A DNA stretch of 64,000 nucleotides from an uncultured delta proteobacterium (lineage in GTDB: Bacteria; Desulfobacterota; Binatia; UBA9968). Below are positions 35,325-45,147 of this stretch, in pieces. Within the stretch, counting starts at the first letter, position 1. Each line of letters begins with the position of its first letter. Position numbers and translations under genes: made by a program. The stretch is from NCBI GenBank assembly GCA_963816145.1, contig CAWFJP010000011.1:320001-384000 (forward strand). Reading direction: 5' to 3'. Under the pieces are notes generated by a model. That model saw only the letters and a list, made by a program, of their open reading frames with translations. It made no database searches and was not told the origin of the DNA.

Positions 35325-36158
35325 CTACTTTTTCGCTGCTGCGGTTTCCGCACTGACCACCAGCACTTCTTCGACGCGCTCAGCGTGCACAGCCGGCCAC
35401 ACTTCGACGCTTTGAAACAGCCCGCGGTTTTGTTTGCGCACTTTGATCACGGTACCGACCAGCAGGCCCTTTGGGAAAACAGTATCCAAACCGGAGGTCA
35501 CCAGCCGATCACCTTCCTGCACGTCTTCGCTGCGTTTCATGTATTTTAGCACGGTGCCGCTCTCGAGCGAACCGGAAACAATGCCGCGGCTGCGCGTGCG
35601 CTGGACTAATACGTCGATACCGCTGTTCGGATCTGTGAGCAAGAGAACTTTAGCCGTCCGCCCGGTGACGGAAACAACCTTGCCAATAATGCCCAACGGC
35701 GTCACCACCGCCATTCCCTTACGCACGCCATCGGCACTGCCCTTATTGAGGACGCAACTTTGAAACCAGCTGGTCGCGCTATTGGCAATGATCGAAGCGG
35801 TAATTGCGCCGCCCGGTAACTCGCTGCGAAAATCGAGCAATTGCTGCAAGCGCCGGTTGGTCGCTTCGGCTTCCAGCAAGCGCTGCCGTTCGATTTCGAG
35901 AGTTTGAACCCGTTTTCTCAGTCGTTCATTTTCGCCGCGAAAACCGGCAAGGGTGTCATAGTTGTCGCGAAATCCCTTGATCCAATTGGCGGTCCCCTGG
36001 CCGGCGATCTGCAACGGCCGGAGAATCCACATCAACAGCGCGCCGACCGGTTCGTTCTTGATCTGGCCGCGCGCCGTCGCAGTTAAGATATAAAGCGAAA
36101 GAAGGAGACAAAAACAGGAGCTAAAGAGGATTTGGTTCCTGCGTAGGTAAGCAAGCAT
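35325..36158 (-). CDS. mreC: Rod shape-determining protein MreC
   Basis: TM, coiled coil (ENERL), NKGS.DG, VTSGL..FPKG. Confidence 0.93.
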   Translation of the reverse strand: MLAYLRRNQILFSSCFCLLLSLYILTATARGQIKNEPVGALLMWILRPLQIAGQGTANWIKGFRDNYDTLAGFRGENERLRKRVQTLEIERQRLLEAEATNRRLQQLLDFRSELPGGAITASIIANSATSWFQSCVLNKGSADGVRKGMAVVTPLGIIGKVVSVTGRTAKVLLLTDPNSGIDVLVQRTRSRGIVSGSLESGTVLKYMKRSEDVQEGDRLVTSGLDTVFPKGLLVGTVIKVRKQNRGLFQSVEVWPAVHAERVEEVLVVSAETAAAKK

Positions 36159-36205
36159 GGCAGGCTCGATCGTCCCCGAAATACCGAATCCATCAGGGCG
36201 CCGGT

Positions 36206-37291
<1,086 letters not shown>

Positions 37292-37436
37292 TCAGATTTT
37301 CCGGATACAGGCAAGGTAATGAAAAATCTACGGAAAATTCGTTTTAATAGAACTCCCGCGGGTTGCATATCTGGAGGCCATTTTTTATCATACCTGGGCT
37401 AGTTTTACGTCGTTTTCACGAAAGGTTCGACCACCG

Positions 37437-39347
37437 ATGCTCGATTTTCTCCGCAAAAGAAAAAGGAACTGGGCGATCCTCTTCCTGCTCGTGCTCATTA
37501 TCATCGTTTTCGTGGCGTTTTATGGCGGCAACAAGATGGGCGACCGCGCCACTTCTGAAGTGGCGATGATCAACGGCGAACCGATCAGCCAACGCGAATT
37601 CGCGATGGAGTATCAGCGCGCTGTCGAACGTTATCGCGAGATGCTCAAGGGCCAGCTCACCGAAGAAATGATCAAGGGGCTCAATCTTAAGGGCAACATC
37701 GTCGAAGGCCTAGTGCAAAAAAAGTTGGTCTTGCAGGAAGCCCGGAGTCTTGGACTGTTAGCCACCGACGACGATGTCGCCAATCAGTTGGCGAAAGTGC
37801 CGGAGTTCCAAGTCGCCGGTCGCTTCAACAAAGATCGCTACTTGCAAATTTTGCAGGCAAACCGCCTGCAACCGGCGCAATTCGAAGAAGACCAACGCAA
37901 CCAGATCACGCTGCAACGGCTCTACAACATCATTCTCGACTCGGTTCAGGTCAGCGACGCAGAGGTGCGCGAGCGCTACCGGCTCGATCAAGAAAAAATC
38001 AATCTGGAATACGTCAAATTAACGGTCAACGACTTCACATCCCAGGTCAAACTCACCGAAGAAGACATCAAACAGTTCTATGATCGCAACAAAGAATCTT
38101 TGAAAGAACCGCTCAGGATTCAAGTCGAATATCTGACCTACCCCTTCGAGCAGTTCGCCGCCAATGCCCGAGTGAGCGCGAAAGAGATCGAAGAGTATTA
38201 CCAAAACAATCAGAAAACCAAATTTCACCGGCCCCGCGAGGCAAAGATTCGCTACATCGCCCTCGCCGTCGCACCCACCGCCAGCGCCGAAGAAAAGAAA
38301 GCGGTGATGGCCAAAGCTGAAGCGATCGTCAAAGAAGCGCGCCACGGCAAAGACTTTGCTCAGTTAGCCAAAAAACTATCGGCCGATCCGACCGCGGCCA
38401 AAGGCGGCGATGTCGGCTGGGTCGTCCAAGGCCAGATGCCGCCAGACGTCGATAAACTCATTTTCGGTATCGGCAAGGGCGATGTCAGTGATCCGGTGGC
38501 GACCCCCGGCGGTGTGCAAATTTTTAAGATCGACGACGTGCGCGACGAAAAAAATCTAACTTTGAAAGAAGCCACGGCGGAAATCACACAGATCCTCAAG
38601 ACCGAACAGGCGAAGAAAGAAGCCGGCAAGGTCGCTGACAACGATCGCGTCAAAGCCCAGGCGGGCGCCGAATTTGCCAAACTGGCGCAAGAATCCGGCG
38701 TCTCGGTGAAAGACACGAAATTATTCGCGGCCGGAGAAATCCTCCCCGAGTTTGGCCAGAACCAGGATATTTACAAAATCGCTTTCGGCCTTGGGCCGAA
38801 AGACATCAGTCAGATCATCGAAGCTAATAGCGCTTATGTTTTTATCCGCATCAAGCAACGCAAAGAACCGGCGGTGCCGCCCCTGGAAAGTGTCAAAGAC
38901 CAAGTCGAAAAGGGCGCCAAGGAAGCCAAGGCATACGAGCTGATGTTGCAAAAGGGCAATAGCCTGCTCGACCAACTGAAGAAAGAAAAAGATCTCGCCA
39001 AACTCGCCGCGGCCAACGATCTGAAAGTCGAAGAGACCGGCTGGTTTCAACGCAATGCGCCCCAGCTGCCAAAAATAGGCGATCTCGCCGATTTGCGCGG
39101 CGGCGGCCTGTCGTTATCGGCTCAGAAGCCGGTGGCCGACAAGCTTTACACGCAGAAGGATGCGGCCTATATCCTCGAGTTCAAAGGAAATCAGCCTGCC
39201 GATATGGAGCAATTCGACAGAGAGAAGGCGCTCTTGAAGAAACAAGCCATCGTGGAGAACCGCCAGCGCGCTTTGGCTAAGTTCCTCGAAACTCTCAAGG
39301 CCAAGGCGAAAATAAAATTCAACAACGATTTCTTAGAAGCGAGCTAA
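37437..39347 (+). CDS. PpiD/SurA-like membrane-anchored peptidyl-prolyl isomerase chaperone
   Basis: N-terminal TM, SurA-N domain (G.F.K..Y), parvulin-like DFAQLAK..S.D..GGDVGW; divergent from mreB. Confidence 0.88.
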   Translation: MLDFLRKRKRNWAILFLLVLIIIVFVAFYGGNKMGDRATSEVAMINGEPISQREFAMEYQRAVERYREMLKGQLTEEMIKGLNLKGNIVEGLVQKKLVLQEARSLGLLATDDDVANQLAKVPEFQVAGRFNKDRYLQILQANRLQPAQFEEDQRNQITLQRLYNIILDSVQVSDAEVRERYRLDQEKINLEYVKLTVNDFTSQVKLTEEDIKQFYDRNKESLKEPLRIQVEYLTYPFEQFAANARVSAKEIEEYYQNNQKTKFHRPREAKIRYIALAVAPTASAEEKKAVMAKAEAIVKEARHGKDFAQLAKKLSADPTAAKGGDVGWVVQGQMPPDVDKLIFGIGKGDVSDPVATPGGVQIFKIDDVRDEKNLTLKEATAEITQILKTEQAKKEAGKVADNDRVKAQAGAEFAKLAQESGVSVKDTKLFAAGEILPEFGQNQDIYKIAFGLGPKDISQIIEANSAYVFIRIKQRKEPAVPPLESVKDQVEKGAKEAKAYELMLQKGNSLLDQLKKEKDLAKLAAANDLKVEETGWFQRNAPQLPKIGDLADLRGGGLSLSAQKPVADKLYTQKDAAYILEFKGNQPADMEQFDREKALLKKQAIVENRQRALAKFLETLKAKAKIKFNNDFLEAS

Positions 39348-39370
39348 GCGGGCGTCCGCGGAATCCCAAC

Positions 39371-40003
39371 GTGCAAATCGTTCTCGTGCGCCACGGCGCG
39401 ACCGACTGGAATCTGGAACATCGCTGCCAAGGTTCGAGCGATCGCGATCTGAGCGATGTCGGACTGCGCCAAGCCGAAGAGATCGCCGAGCGGTTGCGCC
39501 AGGAAATCATTCACGGCGTCTATTCAAGCGATTTGAAGCGGGCGCGGCGTACCGCTGAAGTCATTAGCGAACATCACAAACTGCCGGTGATGATCGAGGC
39601 AAGCATTCGCGAACTCGATCACGGCCATTTGGAAGGACTGACGTTCAACGAAATCAAACAGAACTATGGCGATTTTCTCGCGCGCTGGCGCAGCGAACCG
39701 GCGGAGCTGCAAGTACCCGGCGGCGAGCGCTTAGCCGATGTCGCCGAGCGCGCCTGGTTGGGGATTAATCAAATTGCCTCGCGCCATGAGGTCTCGGACA
39801 CAGTCGTCGTCGTCAGCCATAATTTCCCGATTCTCGGCATCGTCTGCCGCATCACCGGAACCCACTTGAACGAATACCGCAATTTTCACTTGGACCCCTG
39901 CGGCGTGAGCCGGCTACACCGTAACAGTGATGGCTCTTGGCAAGTGACCCATATCAACGGCGACGAATACGAAAAACATCGGGGCCGGGCGATCCCGACC
40001 TGA
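39371..40003 (+). CDS. Histidine phosphatase family protein
   Basis: LVRHG.T.WN, SSDL.RA..TA, E..HG..EG, VVSH. Confidence 0.9.
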   Translation: MQIVLVRHGATDWNLEHRCQGSSDRDLSDVGLRQAEEIAERLRQEIIHGVYSSDLKRARRTAEVISEHHKLPVMIEASIRELDHGHLEGLTFNEIKQNYGDFLARWRSEPAELQVPGGERLADVAERAWLGINQIASRHEVSDTVVVVSHNFPILGIVCRITGTHLNEYRNFHLDPCGVSRLHRNSDGSWQVTHINGDEYEKHRGRAIPT

Positions 40004-40044
40004 CATAGCACCCAAGCTAGACACCGTGCGCAAAGCGCAGCCGC

Positions 40045-41583
40045 TCACTCACGCTTGGCGATCCAACCGATAAGGAAAAATATGACCGCCATCGCGAGGT
40101 AGGCGATAAAAAACTCCGGCGCCGCCATCAGGCCAAACCGGCTGGTAATCCCTCCGGCTGCGAGTTGGTAGGCGTGGATAATACCGAAGGCAGACAGCAG
40201 CGCCGCCGCGACCGACCACAGCCCGGCATGAGCAAACTTTCTCTCGATCAAGGCAACGCCAATAGCGGCTAATATCATTGATGTGAAAATAAAGCCGCGC
40301 TCCAACGAGATCATGCCGTGAATCGCGATGCTCTCATGGCTGAACCTTCCGAGACCGACCTCAAAGAGCGACTTGCCCGCCGCGCGCAGTCCGGTTTCGA
40401 CCATCATCAAACCCCATCCCGCCAACGCCGGCACCAGCCCCAGCGCCACCGCCGGCGCATGCTCCTTCGGCGTTTCCTGAAACGATTGAGCGACGATGAT
40501 GATGCCGATGTAGAGGAGAATGCCGATACCCGCCTCTAACGGAATGAGACCGAGCACCGCCTGAATCGTGCCGGTTAGACAAAGAAACGCGATGAAAATG
40601 CCGTTGAGCGAGGAATAGCCTGAGCGCGCTCCGAGCCGTTTCCAACCGGGATGGCCGATGTAGATCGTGGTTGGAAACACGCTGCCGAACAGCGACGCCA
40701 CCACTGAACCGATGCCGTTGGCCATCAGCGACGGGAAAGTTTCGTAGCGGTCGCCGGCCGCTTCGGCGCTCTCGATGTTTTGCAGCGAGCCGACCACATT
40801 GAAAATCCCCATGGGAAAGATCACCGAAAAATAATTGAGAAACGCCGGATCGACGAGCGCTTCCCAGAGCGAATCGCCGGTAAACACCGGCAGCGACAAC
40901 GATCCATGCAGCGATAAGGTCTTACCATTCATGGAACCGAGCGCCCAACCGAGGATCGTCCCGACGGCGATAGCAACCAGGCCTCCCGGCAGGCCCAGGG
41001 GCATTTTCTGATGCGCAAAATAAGCGACGAAGATCAGCGCCATCGGCACCAGCGCCACCAGCGGCTGGGCGAATATTTTGAAAGTGAAATCCATCGCGAT
41101 GAAAGTAATCGCGATGCCGGACAAAGCCGAAAGCAAAGCCGCCCGCGGCGTCACCCGGCGCACCGCGTCGGCAACGAACGCGCCGAGGATTTCTATCACA
41201 CCGTTGAGAAAGCACGCGACCAGGCCAACCTTCCACGCCCAAACCGGGTCTTTGGTCTCTTGCACGATCGGCAACATAATGAAAAAAACAAAGGCGAACA
41301 GACTCACGGTATTGATGCCGTAAGGCAATGCCGTGACATCTTCGCGTCCGCTCTCCTGGGCCAACCGGCGCGCCTGCCAGGCGTAAAAAAAATTGCCGAC
41401 CAGAATGGAAATCGCCGCCCCTGGGAGGATCTTGCCGAAAATGTAACTATCCGGCAGACGAATCAGCTCGCGGCACAGCCCGACGATTAATATTAACTGG
41501 ATGAGATTGTCGATCATCAACCCGAAAAAACCGTCGAGATCTTTACGGACAAACCAAGATGGATTGGAAGCTGGTTGCGCCAT
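40045..41583 (-). CDS. NCS2/AzgA-like nucleobase permease
   Basis: DLDGFFGL..DNL, TALPYGIN, PTTIYIGHPGWK..GAR; multi-TM. Confidence 0.85.
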   Translation of the reverse strand: MAQPASNPSWFVRKDLDGFFGLMIDNLIQLILIVGLCRELIRLPDSYIFGKILPGAAISILVGNFFYAWQARRLAQESGREDVTALPYGINTVSLFAFVFFIMLPIVQETKDPVWAWKVGLVACFLNGVIEILGAFVADAVRRVTPRAALLSALSGIAITFIAMDFTFKIFAQPLVALVPMALIFVAYFAHQKMPLGLPGGLVAIAVGTILGWALGSMNGKTLSLHGSLSLPVFTGDSLWEALVDPAFLNYFSVIFPMGIFNVVGSLQNIESAEAAGDRYETFPSLMANGIGSVVASLFGSVFPTTIYIGHPGWKRLGARSGYSSLNGIFIAFLCLTGTIQAVLGLIPLEAGIGILLYIGIIIVAQSFQETPKEHAPAVALGLVPALAGWGLMMVETGLRAAGKSLFEVGLGRFSHESIAIHGMISLERGFIFTSMILAAIGVALIERKFAHAGLWSVAAALLSAFGIIHAYQLAAGGITSRFGLMAAPEFFIAYLAMAVIFFLIGWIAKRE

Positions 41584-41703
41584 ATGCGTAGAAAACTCCG
41601 CTTTAGGTTGGCCGACTCTAGCTGTCGATCCTCAACGATGTCAAATCTTGTCGAGAAACCCAACTTGAAACCCCGAAGTATGGACGATAATAGTGTGAGA
41701 TAT

Positions 41704-42396
41704 ATGTTGACCTTGCAGTTCAGAAATTTGGGAACACTAGACTACCTCACCGCCGTCCAATTACAGGAGCGGCTGGTCGCGATTAAGCAGCAGGAATCAC
41801 TGGCGAACATTCTTCTGTTCGTCGAACATCCCCATGTTTACACCCTTGGACGCGGCGGCAAAGATGCGAACATACTCGCGCCGCTGGACGTACCCGTGCA
41901 TCGCACCAGCCGCGGCGGCGATGTGACCTATCATGGTCCTGGCCAGTTAGTGGTTTATCCGATCGTCGATCTGCGCTCTAAACTACGTACGGACGTGCAC
42001 CGGTATGTCAGGAACTTGGAGCAAAGCACGATTTTGACGCTAGCGGATTTTGGCATCGCCACGACCCGCCGCCCGCCGCACACGGGAATCTGGATCGGCG
42101 ATCGAAAAATCGCCGCCATCGGTGTCGCCGTGCGGCGCTGCATCACCTATCACGGTCTCGCGCTCAACGTGAACACCGACCTGTCATACTTCCAGCGCAT
42201 CGTTCCCTGCGGCCTGGCCTGGGCGGACGTGACTTCGATGAAACAGGAACTCGGAGTCGAACAGAGTTTAAGCGACGTTCGACAGCGGTTTCTCCATCAT
42301 TTCGCCGAAATTTCCGGTTATCGTGATATCGTTGACGGTACCAAGCAGTCCGACGAATTGAACGTTTTGAACGGCTTGAACGATTTGAACCTCTAA
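41704..42396 (+). CDS. lipB: Octanoyltransferase LipB
   Basis: EHPHVYTLGR, RGGDVTYHGPGQ, KIAAIG, HGLALN, IVPCG. Confidence 0.95.
   Translation: MLTLQFRNLGTLDYLTAVQLQERLVAIKQQESLANILLFVEHPHVYTLGRGGKDANILAPLDVPVHRTSRGGDVTYHGPGQLVVYPIVDLRSKLRTDVHRYVRNLEQSTILTLADFGIATTRRPPHTGIWIGDRKIAAIGVAVRRCITYHGLALNVNTDLSYFQRIVPCGLAWADVTSMKQELGVEQSLSDVRQRFLHHFAEISGYRDIVDGTKQSDELNVLNGLNDLNL
42358..42390. repeat. Tandem 9-mer array (TTGAACNNN x4) inside the 3' end of lipB
   Basis: ttgaacgtt-ttgaacggc-ttgaacgat-ttgaac, translated as LNVLNGLNDLN. Confidence 0.9.
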
Positions 42397-42401
42397 TTTC
42401 T

Positions 42402-43250
42402 ATGCCCCGCCGCCACCCCGATTGGATCAAGGTCAAAGCTCCGGGTAACCCTAACTACCTGCGGCTCAAAAAATTGATGCGCGAGAAAAATCTCCACACC
42501 GTGTGCGAGGAAGCCCGCTGTCCGAACATCGGCGAGTGCTGGGGCAACAAGACCGCGACGTTTCTAATTCTCGGCGATACCTGCACGCGCGGCTGCCGCT
42601 TCTGCGCGATCGATAAGGGTAAGCCGCTGGCGCTCGATCCGGAAGAACCGCGCAACGTTGGCCTCACTGTCAAAGAGTTAGGCCTGGACCACATCGTCGT
42701 CACGTCGGTGAACCGCGACGATCTGCCTGACGGCGGCGCCAGCCATTTTGCCAAGACAGTATTCTGGATCAAGAGTTTGAATCCTGGCATCCGCGTCGAA
42801 TTACTAATTCCCGACTTCGAGGGCAATCTCGATGCGCTCAAGATCGCGGTCAGTTCCGGCATTGAAATTTTAAATCACAACATCGAAACCGTGCCGCGGC
42901 TCTACGGCAAGGTCCGACCGGGTCACACCTATGAATGCTCCGTGAATATCCTAAAAACCGCGAAGGAATTCCGGCCAGAGGTTCTCACCAAGACCGGCAT
43001 GATGTTGGGCGTCGGCGAAACCAAAGAAGAAGTAATGACGACACTGCACGACCTGAAGGAAAACCATGTCGATATCGTTACGCTCGGACAGTACCTGCAA
43101 CCTTCGCCGAAACTGATGAAAGTCGAACGCTACCTGCACCCAGATGAGTTCGAAGGATTCAAAACCGAAGCCGACAAACTCGGCTTTCGCCATGTGGAAT
43201 CAGGTCCTCTGGTGCGTAGCTCCTATCACGCGTGGAGCCATGTCAATTAG
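42402..43250 (+). CDS. lipA: Lipoyl synthase
   Basis: CEEARCPNIGEC, CTRGCRFC, GPLVRSSYHA. Confidence 0.98.
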   Translation: MPRRHPDWIKVKAPGNPNYLRLKKLMREKNLHTVCEEARCPNIGECWGNKTATFLILGDTCTRGCRFCAIDKGKPLALDPEEPRNVGLTVKELGLDHIVVTSVNRDDLPDGGASHFAKTVFWIKSLNPGIRVELLIPDFEGNLDALKIAVSSGIEILNHNIETVPRLYGKVRPGHTYECSVNILKTAKEFRPEVLTKTGMMLGVGETKEEVMTTLHDLKENHVDIVTLGQYLQPSPKLMKVERYLHPDEFEGFKTEADKLGFRHVESGPLVRSSYHAWSHVN

Positions 43251-43313
43251 GATCGAGGATCGATGATGGCGGATAGAATTATTCGATTCTAAATCTTTCA
43301 TCCTCTATCCTCG
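43248..43313. repeat. Inverted 7-mer arrays (GAGGATC-type) starting in the lipA stop codon
   Basis: taggatc-gaggatc-gatgatg-gcggata-gaat ... attctaa-atctttc-atcctct-atcctcg. Confidence 0.75.
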
Positions 43314-43357
43314 GTTGGACCATAATGAATCCTGTGAATCACGAAGGGAGAATCGCC

Positions 43358-43724
43358 ATGAAAGTCTTGCGCATGCGCTCGTGGAACATTCACGCGCCGA
43401 ACTTGGATCAAATGGCGCGCTTCTATCAAGACGCGCTCGGCGCCGAGATCACCGCCGAACAAACCATCGCCGGCGTCAAAGTGTTTCGCTTACGCGCCGG
43501 AGAAACCGGAGTCGGTCTATTCGACGCCGCGGAAAAGCACGCTCCCGGCGTGCCGCATCATACCTTCGATATCGAAGGACCGAAGGAGCCGCAGGAATTG
43601 ATCAAGGAGCTGGATAGCAAAAGGCATCAAAACCGACGGCATGCGCGTGCACGGCCAAGGTCCGGGCTATTCGGTTTACATCATCGATCCGGGTGGCAAT
43701 CGAATCGAGTTGTCGAAGGATTAG
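43358..43724 (+). CDS. VOC/glyoxalase family protein (+1 A frameshift near 43619-43622)
   Basis: FYQDALG, HHTF; removing one A restores ..SKGIKTDG..SVYIIDPGGNRIELSKD*. Confidence 0.85.
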
Positions 43725-43731
43725 ACGTCTG

Positions 43732-45072
43732 CTAACTCGCCACCATTTTGGCCGTTAGCCAACGTGCCGTGCGCAGCAACCGCGCGTCGCCGCCGCGCGG
43801 CCCGACCAATTGCACGCCGATGGGTAAGCCGCCGGCGCTTTGCATGAGCGGCAGGCTGATGGCCGGCATGCCAAGTAGCGTCCACACCGAACAGAAAGTC
43901 GGATCGCCGGTGGAAGCAAGTCCCTTGGGCGCGGCACCTGGAGCGGCCGGCGTGATAATCGCATCGTAGCGCTGCTCGAACAATTCGATGAAACTCTCAT
44001 GCACGGGTTCGACGTAAGTGCGCGCGCGGAGATACTCCGCCGCGCGCACCTCTTGTCCGCGTGCGATTTGCGCCCGCAGTTGTTGGGAAAGTTTGTCGCG
44101 ACCTTTGTCCCACTCACGGGCCAGACTCACTGCCAGCTCGGCACCGAGGATGGTTTGGTGCCAATCCCACGCATTTGCTGCTGACGGAAACAAGTCGACT
44201 TCTTCGGCTTGACCGCCTAACTCTTCCATCAGCTCGCTAAAACCCTCTTTGCTTTCCGCTTCGACGCGATCCCAATAGGGCGTTTTGATAAACCCAAACA
44301 TCGGCGCCAGTGGCGGTTCTTCGCGGCAAGTTTCGAGAAAGGGAATCCGCGCCCGCGGACGAGTATCCGGATCGTTCTCGTCATGGTTTACAAGTTGCTC
44401 AGCGAGCAGCGCAATATCGTCGAGGCTGCGCGCAAACATGCCGACATGATCGAGGGTGCGGGAAAGTTGCAAGACGCCATGGCGCGAAATTACACCGTGG
44501 CTTGGCTTGAATCCGATCACACCGCAAAACGCCGCCGGGCGGATCACCGAACCGGCGGTCTGCGTGCCGAGCGCGAGCGGCACCATCCCGGCCGCTACCG
44601 CTGCAGCTGAACCGCTGGACGAGCCGCCCGGTGTGTGTTCGGGGTTATGCGGATTGCGGGTTTTCCCCGGCGAGAAAAAGGCGAACTCGGTGGTAACCGT
44701 CTTGCCCATGACGATGGCGCCCGCGGCTCGCAACAACGCCACGGTCGTGGCATCGCGCGAGGGCATCCGGCCCGTCCAAAGTACCGAGCCGCATTCGGTC
44801 GGCATATCGGCAGTGTCGAAAATATCCTTGACGCCGACCGGGACACCATGCAACGGACCGATGGGGTTACCGCTCAAGCGCAATTGATCGGCAGTGCGCG
44901 CTTGTTCTAGAGCGTACTCTGGATCGAGAAATGCCCAGGCGCACACCTGTGAATCGACTTCCTGAATCCGCGCCAGGCAGGCTTTGACAAGCTCCTCAGA
45001 AGTAATTGTCCCGTCGCGAATCAATCGAGCTGCATCGGATGCAGACAGCAAATGAAGATTTCCTAGATCCAT
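43732..45072 (-). CDS. Amidase signature family protein
   Basis: GPLHGVPVGVKD, GKTVTTE, PGGSSSGSAAAVAAG, GTQTAGS. Confidence 0.93.
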   Translation of the reverse strand: MDLGNLHLLSASDAARLIRDGTITSEELVKACLARIQEVDSQVCAWAFLDPEYALEQARTADQLRLSGNPIGPLHGVPVGVKDIFDTADMPTECGSVLWTGRMPSRDATTVALLRAAGAIVMGKTVTTEFAFFSPGKTRNPHNPEHTPGGSSSGSAAAVAAGMVPLALGTQTAGSVIRPAAFCGVIGFKPSHGVISRHGVLQLSRTLDHVGMFARSLDDIALLAEQLVNHDENDPDTRPRARIPFLETCREEPPLAPMFGFIKTPYWDRVEAESKEGFSELMEELGGQAEEVDLFPSAANAWDWHQTILGAELAVSLAREWDKGRDKLSQQLRAQIARGQEVRAAEYLRARTYVEPVHESFIELFEQRYDAIITPAAPGAAPKGLASTGDPTFCSVWTLLGMPAISLPLMQSAGGLPIGVQLVGPRGGDARLLRTARWLTAKMVAS

Positions 45073-45102
45073 TGCCTGTGTTTCGTTGCAAGTTCGGCTT
45101 GA

Positions 45103-45146
45103 TCGGACGTTTTGAACTGTTTGAACGGCTTGAACGATTTGAACGG
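45103..45146. repeat. Tandem 9-mer array (TTGAACNNN x ~5) right after the dctM stop
   Basis: tcggacgtt-ttgaactgt-ttgaacggc-ttgaacgat-ttgaacgg. Confidence 0.9.
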
Positions 45147-45147
45147 G

